64,000 bases of DNA from an uncultured delta proteobacterium (GTDB lineage Bacteria > Desulfobacterota > Desulfobacteria > Desulfobacterales > JAHEIW01). The notes beneath the pieces are model-generated. The model did no database searches. It saw only the letters and a list, made by a program, of their open reading frames with translations, and was not told where the DNA came from. Location: assembly GCA_963706575.1 (NCBI GenBank), contig CAVPNL010000006.1, positions 640,001 to 704,000 on the forward strand, given 5' to 3'. The translations under genes were made by a program, and so were the position numbers. Positions 49,955 through 59,965 of this stretch are shown one piece after another; the stretch's first letter is position 1; every line of letters starts with the position of its first letter.

Positions 49955-52181
49955 GATTACGCTTAAGGATAAAAGGCTCATAAAAGAGCAGGCCTGTTGG
50001 AAATGCTTATCCTGTTCCAAAGTGCTGTGCCCGGCGCATGGGAAACCATCGGTAGAATGCTGGCTGATTCCCAAAACCCATTGTGCCGATGATGTTAAAG
50101 ACGATTTTTTTCAAAAAATATCCTCATGCATTACCTGCAGTTATTTTAAGAAACAGGGCGAACTGCACCCCCAGGGCTGGAATATTTTCATTTCGGAACA
50201 AATCCGGCAATACAATGTCAAAGCCTTGGAACATATCTATCAGAAAGAAGAAAGCTTTGTCGAGATTCTTGACCGCATTCCGGACGGTCTTTTCACGACC
50301 GATGAAGAATGGCGCATCACTTACTTCAACCCGGCAGCCGAAAAAATTACCGGTTTTTCGGCCGATGATGCGGTGGGGATGTATTGCAAGGATGTGTTTA
50401 AGAACTCCATCTGCGAGTCTGACTGTGCCCTTAAGCACGCGATCGCAGAAGGCAGAGATATCCACAACCGGGAGTATGAGATTACCAGCATTGAAGGCAA
50501 ACGGATACCCGTTATTTGTTCAACATCGCCGTTTCGCGACGCGGCCGGGCGCGTTACCGGTGGTCTTGAAATATTTAAAGATATCTCCGAGTTGAAACGG
50601 CTCCAGGAAGAGGTCGCCAAACGCGAGAAAAAATATCGTCGCATCTTTGAAGGCAGCCACGATATGATCTATACCACCAACCAGAAGGGCCAGATACTGG
50701 ATATTAATCAAGCCGGTGTCGAAATGCTTAACTTTCCATCCAAGGAAGAAATGCTCAAAACGGTGTCGGCCCAGACGCTTTATCGCCACTCCTTGGATCG
50801 AGATCGATTTCTGGCGGCCATTAACCGGCGGGGCCAGGTAAAAGATTATGAAGTTGAATTTAAAAAACACGATGGCGCTGCGATGCATGCCCTGATTTCC
50901 AGCCGGCGATACCAGAACCCTGAAACCGGCGATGTCGAGTACGAGGGCATCATCAAAGACATTACCCATCGCAAGCGGACCGAAGAAGCGCTTAAGCAGC
51001 GCAACCGGGAACTTTCGATATTAAACAGCATTGCGGTGGCCTTAAATCACAATATGCCCTTGAACCTGATTTTACAGGAGGCGCTCAAAAACGTACTGAA
51101 GGTATTAGAGCTCAATCGGGGGGCCATTTTTCTGATCAATCGCGACCGCGAAAAAACCGAGGTCATTGCCAAATCTGGTTTTAATGCGGAAGGCACTGAA
51201 GACAACCAAGCGGTATTTTTCAAAGATCCGCTGTTGAGCAAAGCCCTCCTGGAAGTTGACATGATTTTAAAGCCCGAACCCATCTTTCCGACCTTTAAAG
51301 CCCGTTTTGAGTCGAAAGCCCAAAAATCTTCACCCTGGATGACCTGTTTTCTGATTACCTTCAAAGGCAAAGGAGTGGGCTTTTTGGGGCTCGACATCCC
51401 CTCATCTCGCAGATTGAGTCAATATGAGTTCCATTTGATGGGTTCTCTGGGCAACTTTTTGGGGGGAGCCATCGTGAATGCCCAGATGAGGGAGACGATT
51501 CGTCGCGATCGGCATGAGTTAAGACGGCTTACCGCAAAATTATTTCAGAGTCAGGAGGAAGAACGACGCCGTATCGCTCGAGAGCTTCATGATGAATCCG
51601 GTCAATCTCTAACGGCCGTGAAACTGGCCCTGGAAAGGTTGGAACAAAATCTGCCATCGCAAGAAAAAGGTCTCAGGGAAGCCATCGGCGAAATCATTAT
51701 GATGGTGCGACGAACGTCCTCGGAAATCAGGCACCTTTCATACCACCTGCACCCGACCCTGTTAAGTGATCTGGGTCTTGAACCGGCGCTGGATCTTTAT
51801 TTCAAAGAAATCAAAAATCATACGGGTCATAACATCGAGTTCAGCATGGTGGGATTTGATCACCGCCTGGATGCTGACATGGAAACGGTTTTCTATCGTT
51901 TCAGCCAGGAAACCCTGACCAATGCCCTGAAGCATTCCGGTTCGGATAACTTCCGCCTTTCCATTATCAAAAGCTATCCCAAGATCATCTTCCGGGCAGA
52001 AGATGACGGGATCGGTTTCGACACCCAGATCATTGGAACCGATAAGCGCAATCTGGGCCTGCTGGGTATGCGGGAACGAACCTCTCTGCTGGGGGGAACC
52101 TTCCAGCTGCGCAGCAAACCGGGAGAAGGAACCCGAATCCGGATTGAGATACCTTTTGCTGAGTCATTGAGCCATGGCTAA
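49923..52181 (+). CDS. Cytoplasmic sensor kinase: Cys-rich N-terminus, 2 PAS, GAF-like, HisKA_3-type (start uncertain)
   Basis: CWKC..CPAH..CWL..C..CITC; FNPAAEKITG; QEEERRRIARELHDESGQ; EDDGIGF, GLLGMRER. Confidence 0.9.
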   Translation: MSLLLEDHLIEITLKDKRLIKEQACWKCLSCSKVLCPAHGKPSVECWLIPKTHCADDVKDDFFQKISSCITCSYFKKQGELHPQGWNIFISEQIRQYNVKALEHIYQKEESFVEILDRIPDGLFTTDEEWRITYFNPAAEKITGFSADDAVGMYCKDVFKNSICESDCALKHAIAEGRDIHNREYEITSIEGKRIPVICSTSPFRDAAGRVTGGLEIFKDISELKRLQEEVAKREKKYRRIFEGSHDMIYTTNQKGQILDINQAGVEMLNFPSKEEMLKTVSAQTLYRHSLDRDRFLAAINRRGQVKDYEVEFKKHDGAAMHALISSRRYQNPETGDVEYEGIIKDITHRKRTEEALKQRNRELSILNSIAVALNHNMPLNLILQEALKNVLKVLELNRGAIFLINRDREKTEVIAKSGFNAEGTEDNQAVFFKDPLLSKALLEVDMILKPEPIFPTFKARFESKAQKSSPWMTCFLITFKGKGVGFLGLDIPSSRRLSQYEFHLMGSLGNFLGGAIVNAQMRETIRRDRHELRRLTAKLFQSQEEERRRIARELHDESGQSLTAVKLALERLEQNLPSQEKGLREAIGEIIMMVRRTSSEIRHLSYHLHPTLLSDLGLEPALDLYFKEIKNHTGHNIEFSMVGFDHRLDADMETVFYRFSQETLTNALKHSGSDNFRLSIIKSYPKIIFRAEDDGIGFDTQIIGTDKRNLGLLGMRERTSLLGGTFQLRSKPGEGTRIRIEIPFAESLSHG

Positions 52182-52836
52182 TCCAGTTCGCATACTCATC
52201 GCTGATGACCATACCATTGTTCGCCAGGGTTTAGCGAGTTTGCTGAACGACCAGCCTGATTTGAAGGTCGTCGGCCAGGCCGACAATGGCAGAGCAGCGG
52301 TGGACAAAACGCTTGAGCTAAAGCCGGATATCATCATTATGGATATTGCCATGCCTCAGATGAACGGTATTGAAGCCGTAAAGCGCATAAAGAAGCAAGT
52401 TCCGAAAACCAAAGTTTTGATTCTGTCCATGTATTCCCATGAACATTATATCCATGAGCTTTTAGAAAGTGGTGTGTCCGGCTATCTTCTTAAAGATTCC
52501 AGCGGCCGGGATATTATCAATGCGATTCACGCTGCCATGAACAATGAGACCTTTTTGAGCCCTTCAATTTCCAAGGTGGTTGTGGACACCTATCGATCCC
52601 CCCGCAAAGGAGCCGCCAGTGCGGAGCGTTATAAACGATTGTCCAATAGAGAAAGGGAGGTTTTTCAGCTAGTTGCTGAAGGACATTCCACCCGACAAAT
52701 CGCTGATATGCTTTGTGTCAGCATCAGTACGATCAAATCCCATCGGGCCAAAATCATGGAAAAACTAGAAATCTATTCGCCGGTCAAACTGGTCCATTTT
52801 GCCATCCAGCTCGGATTGGTTGATCCCGAATTATGA
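52174..52836 (+). CDS. NarL/FixJ-family response regulator
   Basis: IADDHTIVRQG, MDIAMP, LSNREREV, HRAKIMEKL. Confidence 0.93.
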   Translation: MANPVRILIADDHTIVRQGLASLLNDQPDLKVVGQADNGRAAVDKTLELKPDIIIMDIAMPQMNGIEAVKRIKKQVPKTKVLILSMYSHEHYIHELLESGVSGYLLKDSSGRDIINAIHAAMNNETFLSPSISKVVVDTYRSPRKGAASAERYKRLSNREREVFQLVAEGHSTRQIADMLCVSISTIKSHRAKIMEKLEIYSPVKLVHFAIQLGLVDPEL

Positions 52837-54713
52837 ATCCAAATAAAAAAATAGGCATCATCACTCTTACCCGTCAGACGAGTTTAGCCTATTCAGCGCT
52901 GAAAAGGATTGTTGAGGACCTGGGATACGAACCCATTTGTGGTGAAGCCATCGGGTCCGATTGTATCTTTTTCCCATTAGAAGAAATCAATCTGGTGGGG
53001 CATGATTTTTTAGCCGAATTTTTTAAAAAGGCAAAGCTGCCAGATGCCGATGTCATTCTAATTTCAGCGCCTTATACGGTTAACTGGTTTATGTTGCCAA
53101 AGGTCGTTCATTGCTTGAGAAGCGTCTGTTCGGCCCCCATCATCCTGGGCGGCAATGAAGCTTCCAACAACTATAAAAATCTGATGGATTTTCGATTCTC
53201 CACTTTTGTGAATGAAGTGGTCGATGTCGCTCCTGATTTCATCGTCAGGGGAGCCGCTGAAAAAGTGTTACCCGACCTTTTACCCCTGCTGGATAAGCGC
53301 ACCCTGGCCAATAACTGGGATCGAGATTTCCTGAAACAATTGCTCGAGATCCCCAATATTGTCTTTTGGCTGCCGGCCAGAAAGGCGCTGATTGCCACTG
53401 ATTTTAACGCTGAAGATTTATCGGAAAAAGATATTTTTTCATATGTGAAATATGGCGAGAAGTCTATTGCGCTAACGTTGCAAAGAGCCTGTATCTGGGC
53501 CAGAAAATCCCGCGGAGGATGTTTATTCTGTGCGATTGCCAGTCAGTTCGGGGACCATTTTCATTGTGCGGTTCAAAGTGATTTTTTTGTAGAAGATCTG
53601 AGCGTATTTTTAAATAAAAACCCCCAGGTTAAATATATCGATATCTGGGATGATACCTTTAATATCAATCCGGAATGGGCGCTTAAAATCTGCCGCTATT
53701 TACAAACCTTAAGTAAAAAAGCCGGACGAAAAATCAGATATTCCTGTTTCCTGAGGCCCAAAGGCTTAACCGAGAAACTCGTCGCACAAATGGCAGACGC
53801 CAATATTCGGACGGCCTTTATCGGCGCAGACGCCATGACCGATGAGCTTTCACGGCGCATGCGAAGGGGCTGCACCATTTCGGAAATGAACACCTCGATC
53901 GCACTGCTGGCCAAAGGAAAAATCCAGCCCCGATTAAGCGTTCAGCTATTTTCGCCTGAGTCCACGATCGATGATGTCGGCATTACATCGACCCTGGCGT
54001 TTGGCTGTATTAAAAATGGGGAATCAACGGTTCACGTCCACCTGTACACCTATCCCTTATATGGATCGGATATCCATAAACTTCTGGCTGCCAGAGGTAA
54101 TTTAAAAAAAATTCCTTCCCCCCTCTTAAAATTTGATAAAAATTGCGGCTTTGAACCCTATTCTATTGCCTATGACTATATGAATTATGACCCTGATGTT
54201 GAAGATATTAAGCTGAAAACATTTAATCTTTTGAACATTGAAACTTCATTCTATGTTCGAACCTACCCCGGCGATACCGTTAATGCCCGGGCGCTCAAGG
54301 AAATTCTAAGCCAGGTCAGAAACTGGTGTTTAGATGTTAAAAAGTCTCAGGCCACCAAATCGCTCTGGTATATGATGATCCTTTTTTGGGAAAATCAAAA
54401 CGAAGGTTTGAGCAAAACGGAGTTGATCGATTGCCTGTCAAAAAATGAGCCGGATGAGCAAGTGCCGCAACATTTAAGAAAGGTCTATGGCAATTTCGGT
54501 TATCGTTACACCTTATCCAGATCATTTAATGAGGTCATGGAAATCCTCATAAAACAGAAATGGGTGAACAAAATAAAAAAAACGAAATACCGTTTGACTC
54601 CGGCCGGGATAAAGGAATTGAAATCGAGGATTAAAGCTGACAAGGTCGGTTCTTATCATATTGCGGCATATGGTGTCATAACCGCCAACGATTTGTTGGT
54701 GCGTCTCGCATAG
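52833..54713 (+). CDS. B12-binding-domain radical SAM protein with Cx9Cx2C motif
   Basis: APIILGGNEAS, DFIVRGAAE; RACIWARKSRGGCLFC; IWDDTF; FIGAD. Confidence 0.78.
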   Translation: MNPNKKIGIITLTRQTSLAYSALKRIVEDLGYEPICGEAIGSDCIFFPLEEINLVGHDFLAEFFKKAKLPDADVILISAPYTVNWFMLPKVVHCLRSVCSAPIILGGNEASNNYKNLMDFRFSTFVNEVVDVAPDFIVRGAAEKVLPDLLPLLDKRTLANNWDRDFLKQLLEIPNIVFWLPARKALIATDFNAEDLSEKDIFSYVKYGEKSIALTLQRACIWARKSRGGCLFCAIASQFGDHFHCAVQSDFFVEDLSVFLNKNPQVKYIDIWDDTFNINPEWALKICRYLQTLSKKAGRKIRYSCFLRPKGLTEKLVAQMADANIRTAFIGADAMTDELSRRMRRGCTISEMNTSIALLAKGKIQPRLSVQLFSPESTIDDVGITSTLAFGCIKNGESTVHVHLYTYPLYGSDIHKLLAARGNLKKIPSPLLKFDKNCGFEPYSIAYDYMNYDPDVEDIKLKTFNLLNIETSFYVRTYPGDTVNARALKEILSQVRNWCLDVKKSQATKSLWYMMILFWENQNEGLSKTELIDCLSKNEPDEQVPQHLRKVYGNFGYRYTLSRSFNEVMEILIKQKWVNKIKKTKYRLTPAGIKELKSRIKADKVGSYHIAAYGVITANDLLVRLA

Positions 54714-54849
54714 CGATCCCCTAAAACCCTTCTTGCGCTTTTCCATTTCCAGCCAGGTTCCGGAAACCCGTTGTTATGTTGCTTTATTTCGGTCTCAATT
54801 TCTGATCTAAGTTTTAGATTTCAAATGAAAATCATCTCGTATCACCACA

Positions 54850-54872
54850 AAAATCATCTTTTAGACGATTTT
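54850..54872 (+). promoter_or_regulatory. Shared operator copy 3 (half-site at 54828)
   Basis: AAAATCATCT-TTT-AGACGATTTT; AAAATCATCT 22 bp upstream. Confidence 0.8.
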
Positions 54873-54980
54873 CAAGAAGTGCTGAAATCGGTTAAGAAGA
54901 TGAGATAATTTTCGGATCATGTGATAAAAAAACAAAATAAAAGCGAAAATTAACATTTAACAAAGAAAGGAGCTTTAATT

Positions 54981-56057
54981 ATGGCTGAGCTGACTCCCAT
55001 AGAACGAGTACAGCGATTTTTTAATCGCGAACCCGTAGACAAGATGCCATTTTTTTCGGGGATGGGTATGGTCCTCCTGCCCGCGATCAAAAAACTGGGC
55101 TATAACTTTCCATCGGTCCACCGGAATGCCGAGCGCATGGCTCGTTCTGCGATCGAATCTGCCCGAATGTTCAATTTGGATTCTGTTGTGGTTCCCTTTG
55201 ATATGTGCTGGGAATCCGAAGCCCTGGGTAATGAAATCAGTCTGTATGAAGATTCTGAGGATATCCTTTATCCGACCATTCCCTATAAAAATTGGACGGA
55301 AGTGGATCAAGTCGAAATTTCCCAGGACGATATCGACAATATCATGGATAAATATCCGATGAACTTGCTGCCCGAGGCCATCGCGATTGTCAAAAAGGAA
55401 GCGCCGGATCTGGCCCTGGGTGCCTGGCAATTGGGTCCCTTCACCCAGTGCGGCCAGACCATTGAGCTGGATAAGGTCCTGAAGGCGGTTTTCAAAGATA
55501 CCGCACGCGTAGAGGACATCCTGGACAAGTTTTCCGATATGATCATTAATATCGGAAAAGCACTCAAAGCCGCCGGAGCAGATTTTCTTACCCTGAGGGA
55601 ACCCGGGGTGGCTGCAGACCTTCTGAGCCCCAAGACGTTTAAGGAGATGATCGCACCGCGACTCACACGGATTTTGTCGGGCTGGGAGTCACCGAAAGTG
55701 TTGCATATTTGCGGTTCTACCGATCCACTGGTAGAAATGATGTGGCAGATTGTGACCGATTCGGGCGCCCAGGCAGTCAGTTTCGACATAAAAAACAATC
55801 TTTTAGAAACACGGAAAAAATTAGGTGATGACGCCCTGATTGTTGGCAATTTCGATGTCTTCGGGCTGCCCTGTGCGGAAGAAACGACCGTCGAGCAGGC
55901 CATTGCGGGTATCCGGACCAATATTGACGGGAAAATCGATGCGGTCTGGCCGGGTTGTGATCTTTGGCCGGATATCAAAGAAGAAAACTTTAGGGCCATG
56001 GAAAAAACGGCCCGTGAGTATTATGCCGGTCCGACTCCAGCCGTTGGGCGGCTTTAA
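54981..56057 (+). CDS. MtaA/CmuA (UroD-fold) methyltransferase, Cys form
   Basis: PVDKMP, PFDMCWESEALG, GPFT, LHICG and WPGCD Zn ligands. Confidence 0.9.
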   Translation: MAELTPIERVQRFFNREPVDKMPFFSGMGMVLLPAIKKLGYNFPSVHRNAERMARSAIESARMFNLDSVVVPFDMCWESEALGNEISLYEDSEDILYPTIPYKNWTEVDQVEISQDDIDNIMDKYPMNLLPEAIAIVKKEAPDLALGAWQLGPFTQCGQTIELDKVLKAVFKDTARVEDILDKFSDMIINIGKALKAAGADFLTLREPGVAADLLSPKTFKEMIAPRLTRILSGWESPKVLHICGSTDPLVEMMWQIVTDSGAQAVSFDIKNNLLETRKKLGDDALIVGNFDVFGLPCAEETTVEQAIAGIRTNIDGKIDAVWPGCDLWPDIKEENFRAMEKTAREYYAGPTPAVGRL

Positions 56058-56095
56058 ATTTAAAATAGACCGATAAGGAGATAAGGAGAATAAAA

Positions 56096-56767
56096 ATGGC
56101 GAGCAAAGAAGAATTATTTGAATTGCTGAAAGACGGTGTGATCAATTATAAAGAGGAACAGGTCAAGGAAGCCGCGCAGCAAGCGGTCGATGAAGGATAT
56201 GTGGCGCTAGAGATGATCATGGATGGTTTGGCTGCCGGAATGGAGGTCGTCGGTGAGCTCTACGAGAAGCACGAATATTTTGTCCCCGAGGTACTCATGT
56301 GCGCCGATGCCTTATATTTGGGCCTGGATATACTGCGACCGCATGTCCCCAAGTCGGACGCGGGCGCGGTGGCGCAGGTGGTAATCGGCAGCATCCAGGG
56401 CGATGTGCACGACATCGGTAAAAACCTGGTCAAGATGATGTTTGATGTCGCCGGTTGGGAGGTTTATGACCTTGGCCGGGACGTGCCGCTTGAGAATTTT
56501 GTGGAGGAACAGTTGCGGACGGATGCCGAGGTCGTGGCCATGTCAGCCATGATGACCACAACCATGCTGGGTATGAAAAAAGTTATCAAGATGATCAAAG
56601 ATAAGAACCCGGACGTGGCCATCATGTTAGGCGGCGCGCCCGTGACCCAGGATGTCGCCAACCTTTTTGGTGCCGATGGTTATGCCGAGTCTGCCGGGAA
56701 TGCGGTGGCAGAAGGGATCAAGATGATCGGGCGTCTGCGGGAATTCGAAAAAAAGAAGGAAGGGTAA
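56096..56767 (+). CDS. Corrinoid-binding protein (MtaC/MtbC family)
   Basis: GLAAGMEVVG, YFVPEV, GDVHDIGKNLV, SAMMTTT, GGAP. Confidence 0.95.
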   Translation: MASKEELFELLKDGVINYKEEQVKEAAQQAVDEGYVALEMIMDGLAAGMEVVGELYEKHEYFVPEVLMCADALYLGLDILRPHVPKSDAGAVAQVVIGSIQGDVHDIGKNLVKMMFDVAGWEVYDLGRDVPLENFVEEQLRTDAEVVAMSAMMTTTMLGMKKVIKMIKDKNPDVAIMLGGAPVTQDVANLFGADGYAESAGNAVAEGIKMIGRLREFEKKKEG

Positions 56768-56936
56768 TTTACTGCTTCCATCTGGAAATCCCGGCCGGCA
56801 GCTTCTATTATCGGGGCTGTCTGCCGGGTTTTCCGTATTCGAAATATTGTCGCTAGGGGATTACCCTATATTCAGATCAGATCGCCGTCAGTTGCTGGCT
56901 GCCCGCTGATTTCAAAATGAAGGAGGATTTGAGCGC

Positions 56937-59003
56937 ATGGGAGACAAGGATAACAACGCGATGGTTATTTTTCAACCGTCGGGACGAAGAGGCGAGGTGC
57001 CTAAAGGCATCAATGTGTTAGAAGCGTCCAGATTGCTGGGGGCTGATATCGAGGCCCTGTGTGGAGAAAAGAAGGTTTGTGGCAAGTGTAAAGTCCGTAT
57101 CGAAGAAGGCCGTTTTGAGAAATACGGCATCGAGTCCAAAATGACCAACGTTAGCGCCTGGCAGGAAGAAGAAGAAAAGTTTATCTTTCCTAAAGAAAAA
57201 GAGACCGGTCATCGATTGGCCTGCGTCTGCGAAATTCAGGGCGATCTTTTGGTTTTCGTACCGGAGGAATCTCGCGCCGGCAAGCAGGTGGTGAGTAAAG
57301 CGGCCCGGGACATATATATCGAGCATAACCCGGCGGTAAAAATTTACACTGTTAAAGTCGACCCCCCCACCTTTGAAGAACCCACCGCAGATTTTGAACG
57401 CGTCTGCCGGGTACTGGAAAAAGAGCACGGACTTAAAGATCTGGCGGTTGACATATTTGCCTTAAGGCAGCTGCCCACGGCACTGCGCGACGGCGATTGG
57501 TGCGTGACGGTCAGTGTCTGGAACGACAGGGAAGTTGTGCGCTTTCGACCCGGCAAGGCCGAGCGCGCTTACGGATTGGCGATCGATGTGGGCACGACCA
57601 CCGTGGCGGCCTATTTTTGCGATCTGACCACGATGGAGGTTGTCGATACGGTCTCTATGATGAATCCCCAGTGCAAATATGGCGAGGACGTCATGGCGCG
57701 GATCACCTATCACATGACCTCTACCGATGGGTTGCAGCGAATGAACGACGACATCATCGAGGGGCTCAATTCTCTGGTCGATCAGGCCATCCAGAACACC
57801 TATCCGCCCAAGAAGAAAAAGAAGAAGAAAAAAGGTGAAGAAGGACCGGCTGAGTTTGTGGAAGTGCCCGAGGAAGGCAAGACCTATCTGCGCCTGACAA
57901 AAGAAGATATTGAGGATGTAACCATTGGGGGCAACACTGCCATGCATCATATTTTTCTAAAACTCAATCCCGAGCATGTGGGGTTGGCTCCTTTTCCCCC
58001 GGTGATCCATCACAGTCTGGACATCAAGGCCCGCGATATGGGCATCAACATCAATCCCGCTTCTTATGTATTTGTGCTTCCCAATGAAGCCGGATTTGTG
58101 GGTGCGGATAACGTCGGTGTGATGCTGGCCGAAGAGCCGTACAAAAAAGACGAAATCTCACTGATTATTGATATCGGCACCAATGGCGAGCTGGTGTTGG
58201 GCAACAAAGAGAAGTTGATCTCCTCTTCCTGTGCGACCGGTCCGGCCCTGGAGGGGGCCCAGATTGCTTTCGGTATGCGGGCAGCCCCCGGGGCCATGGA
58301 ACGCATCGAAATCGATCCTGAAACGCGGGAGGTGAATTACAAGGTGATCGGCCGCGACGCCTGGCGTAAATATTCGGAACCCAAGGACATGAAAGCCAAA
58401 GGCATCTGCGGTTCCGGTATTTTGGACCTGCTGTCTGAGCTCTACTGTGCGGGGATTATTATCAAAAGTGGCGCATTTAACAAAGAAGCGTTAGCGGGGC
58501 ATCCCCGTTACCGATTGAACCCGGATACCAACCAGCCGGAATTTGTTCTGGCCTGGGCGGAGGAATCCAGCATTGATAAGGACATCGTGGTCACCCAAAA
58601 AGATGTCCGCCAGATCCAATTGGCAAAAGGCGCACTTTATGCCGGCTGTAAGCTCATGATGCAACGCATGGGAATGGAGAAAGTGGATACGATCAAAATC
58701 GCAGGTGCTTTCGGCACCCATGTGGATCGCGAAAAAGCGCTGATTATGGGGCTGTTTCCGGACTGCGAGATCGAAAAGATCGAAAGTGTCGGTAATGCTG
58801 CCGGTGACGGTTGCCGAGCGGCGTTGTTGAATAAGGACAAACGGGAGGAAGCCAACTGGGTATCGCGCAATGTGGAATACATTGAGCTGACCGTAGAGGG
58901 AGACTTCCAGACCGAATTCATGGAGGCCATGCAGATACCGCATATGACGGACGAATTTCCGCATCTGGTCGGTGTCGTCCCCGAGGAAATTCTAAATCAA
59001 TAA
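56937..59003 (+). CDS. ATP-dependent reductive activator of corrinoid proteins (RACE; 2Fe-2S + ASKHA)
   Basis: CGEKKVCGKC, RLAC; IDVGTTT, NPQ..YGEDV, DIGTNGE, CATGPALEG, GICGSG, AGAFG, GNAAG. Confidence 0.93.
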   Translation: MGDKDNNAMVIFQPSGRRGEVPKGINVLEASRLLGADIEALCGEKKVCGKCKVRIEEGRFEKYGIESKMTNVSAWQEEEEKFIFPKEKETGHRLACVCEIQGDLLVFVPEESRAGKQVVSKAARDIYIEHNPAVKIYTVKVDPPTFEEPTADFERVCRVLEKEHGLKDLAVDIFALRQLPTALRDGDWCVTVSVWNDREVVRFRPGKAERAYGLAIDVGTTTVAAYFCDLTTMEVVDTVSMMNPQCKYGEDVMARITYHMTSTDGLQRMNDDIIEGLNSLVDQAIQNTYPPKKKKKKKKGEEGPAEFVEVPEEGKTYLRLTKEDIEDVTIGGNTAMHHIFLKLNPEHVGLAPFPPVIHHSLDIKARDMGININPASYVFVLPNEAGFVGADNVGVMLAEEPYKKDEISLIIDIGTNGELVLGNKEKLISSSCATGPALEGAQIAFGMRAAPGAMERIEIDPETREVNYKVIGRDAWRKYSEPKDMKAKGICGSGILDLLSELYCAGIIIKSGAFNKEALAGHPRYRLNPDTNQPEFVLAWAEESSIDKDIVVTQKDVRQIQLAKGALYAGCKLMMQRMGMEKVDTIKIAGAFGTHVDREKALIMGLFPDCEIEKIESVGNAAGDGCRAALLNKDKREEANWVSRNVEYIELTVEGDFQTEFMEAMQIPHMTDEFPHLVGVVPEEILNQ

Positions 59004-59004
59004 A

Positions 59005-59355
59005 TTGCGGTGCATCTTGGCTTCTCAAAAACCAAAATGGGTGTGTGTGACGGTTGATCCGGGAATCTGCGGCTTTCCGTGTGTTATAAAGGCCCGCAAA
59101 ACAGGCGCTCGCGCGGTTTCGCTAAAAATTTCCGGTTCGGATTGCGAGCAGATTCAAAGACTGGCCGAGCGCCTTACGACTTTATCGATAAAAGAGCTGT
59201 TTACACCGCTGAGCCGCAATCCGGTATACATCTCAACTGAAAAGTCGGGTTGCCACCTCTCCTGTGCGATTCCGGTGGCGGTCATCAAGGCGGCTGAAGT
59301 GGCATTGGAGCTGGCGCTGCCGCAGGAAGTCCATATCAAATTCGAAGCGTGCTAG
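59005..59355 (+). CDS. Small Cys-containing conserved protein (DUF6951-like; start may be 59017)
   Basis: DPGICGF, SDC, CHLSCAIP..IKAAEVALELALP. Confidence 0.7.
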   Translation: MRCILASQKPKWVCVTVDPGICGFPCVIKARKTGARAVSLKISGSDCEQIQRLAERLTTLSIKELFTPLSRNPVYISTEKSGCHLSCAIPVAVIKAAEVALELALPQEVHIKFEAC

Positions 59356-59368
59356 GAGCGCAACATCA

Positions 59369-59965
59369 ATGCAAGAATCAAAAGTGGTTCCGTTTAAAGC
59401 CGGTGACGGCATATCGCATACCCTGACCCAGCGTCTGCTGGAAAAGGGCCGGTCATATGGCCTAAATGCGATTTTTCCGTTTGACATCGATAAAATTTCT
59501 GTGGCCGAATGGGTTCATCTTAAATGCCGTTACGGCTGTAACCAGTATAATACGAACTGGTGTTGCCCGCCGGCCACCCCTGATCCGGACAAGGTTCGTG
59601 CCGTTCTGTCGGAGTATTCCACCGCGCTCCTTCTGGTGGGAACCACAAATTGCTCGGACTTTTATCTGAACAACGAACGCAAGCGAATCTCTCAGGTCCG
59701 CTGCTGGAAGGGTACCATCAGCCTGGAACGCATCCTGTTTCTGGAGGGGTATTACAAAGCGTTCAGTCTTGTGGGGGAGTGTTGCGCCCTCTGCAAGGAA
59801 TGCGCCTACCCGGATGATTGCCGCTTCCCGCAAGAAAAAAGACCATCGGTGGAATCATTTTCCATTGATGTCATTGGAACCTTGAAAAATCTGGGTACCA
59901 CTTCAGCGGTTGCCGCTAAAACCTGTGAAACCTACAACTATTATGGCATTATTCTTTTGGAATAA
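59369..59965 (+). CDS. DUF2284-like metal-binding protein
   Basis: KCRYGC..Y..NWCCPP; GECCALCKEC..CRFP..RPSVES.SIDV; RBS AGGAG. Confidence 0.82.
   Translation: MQESKVVPFKAGDGISHTLTQRLLEKGRSYGLNAIFPFDIDKISVAEWVHLKCRYGCNQYNTNWCCPPATPDPDKVRAVLSEYSTALLLVGTTNCSDFYLNNERKRISQVRCWKGTISLERILFLEGYYKAFSLVGECCALCKECAYPDDCRFPQEKRPSVESFSIDVIGTLKNLGTTSAVAAKTCETYNYYGIILLE

Noticed and set aside
47451..59355. Pyrrolysine (UAG) readthrough in methyltransferase-locus genes ending in TAG
   Set aside because: The proteins look full length at their TAG; no MttB/MtbB/MtmB or pyl genes in the window.
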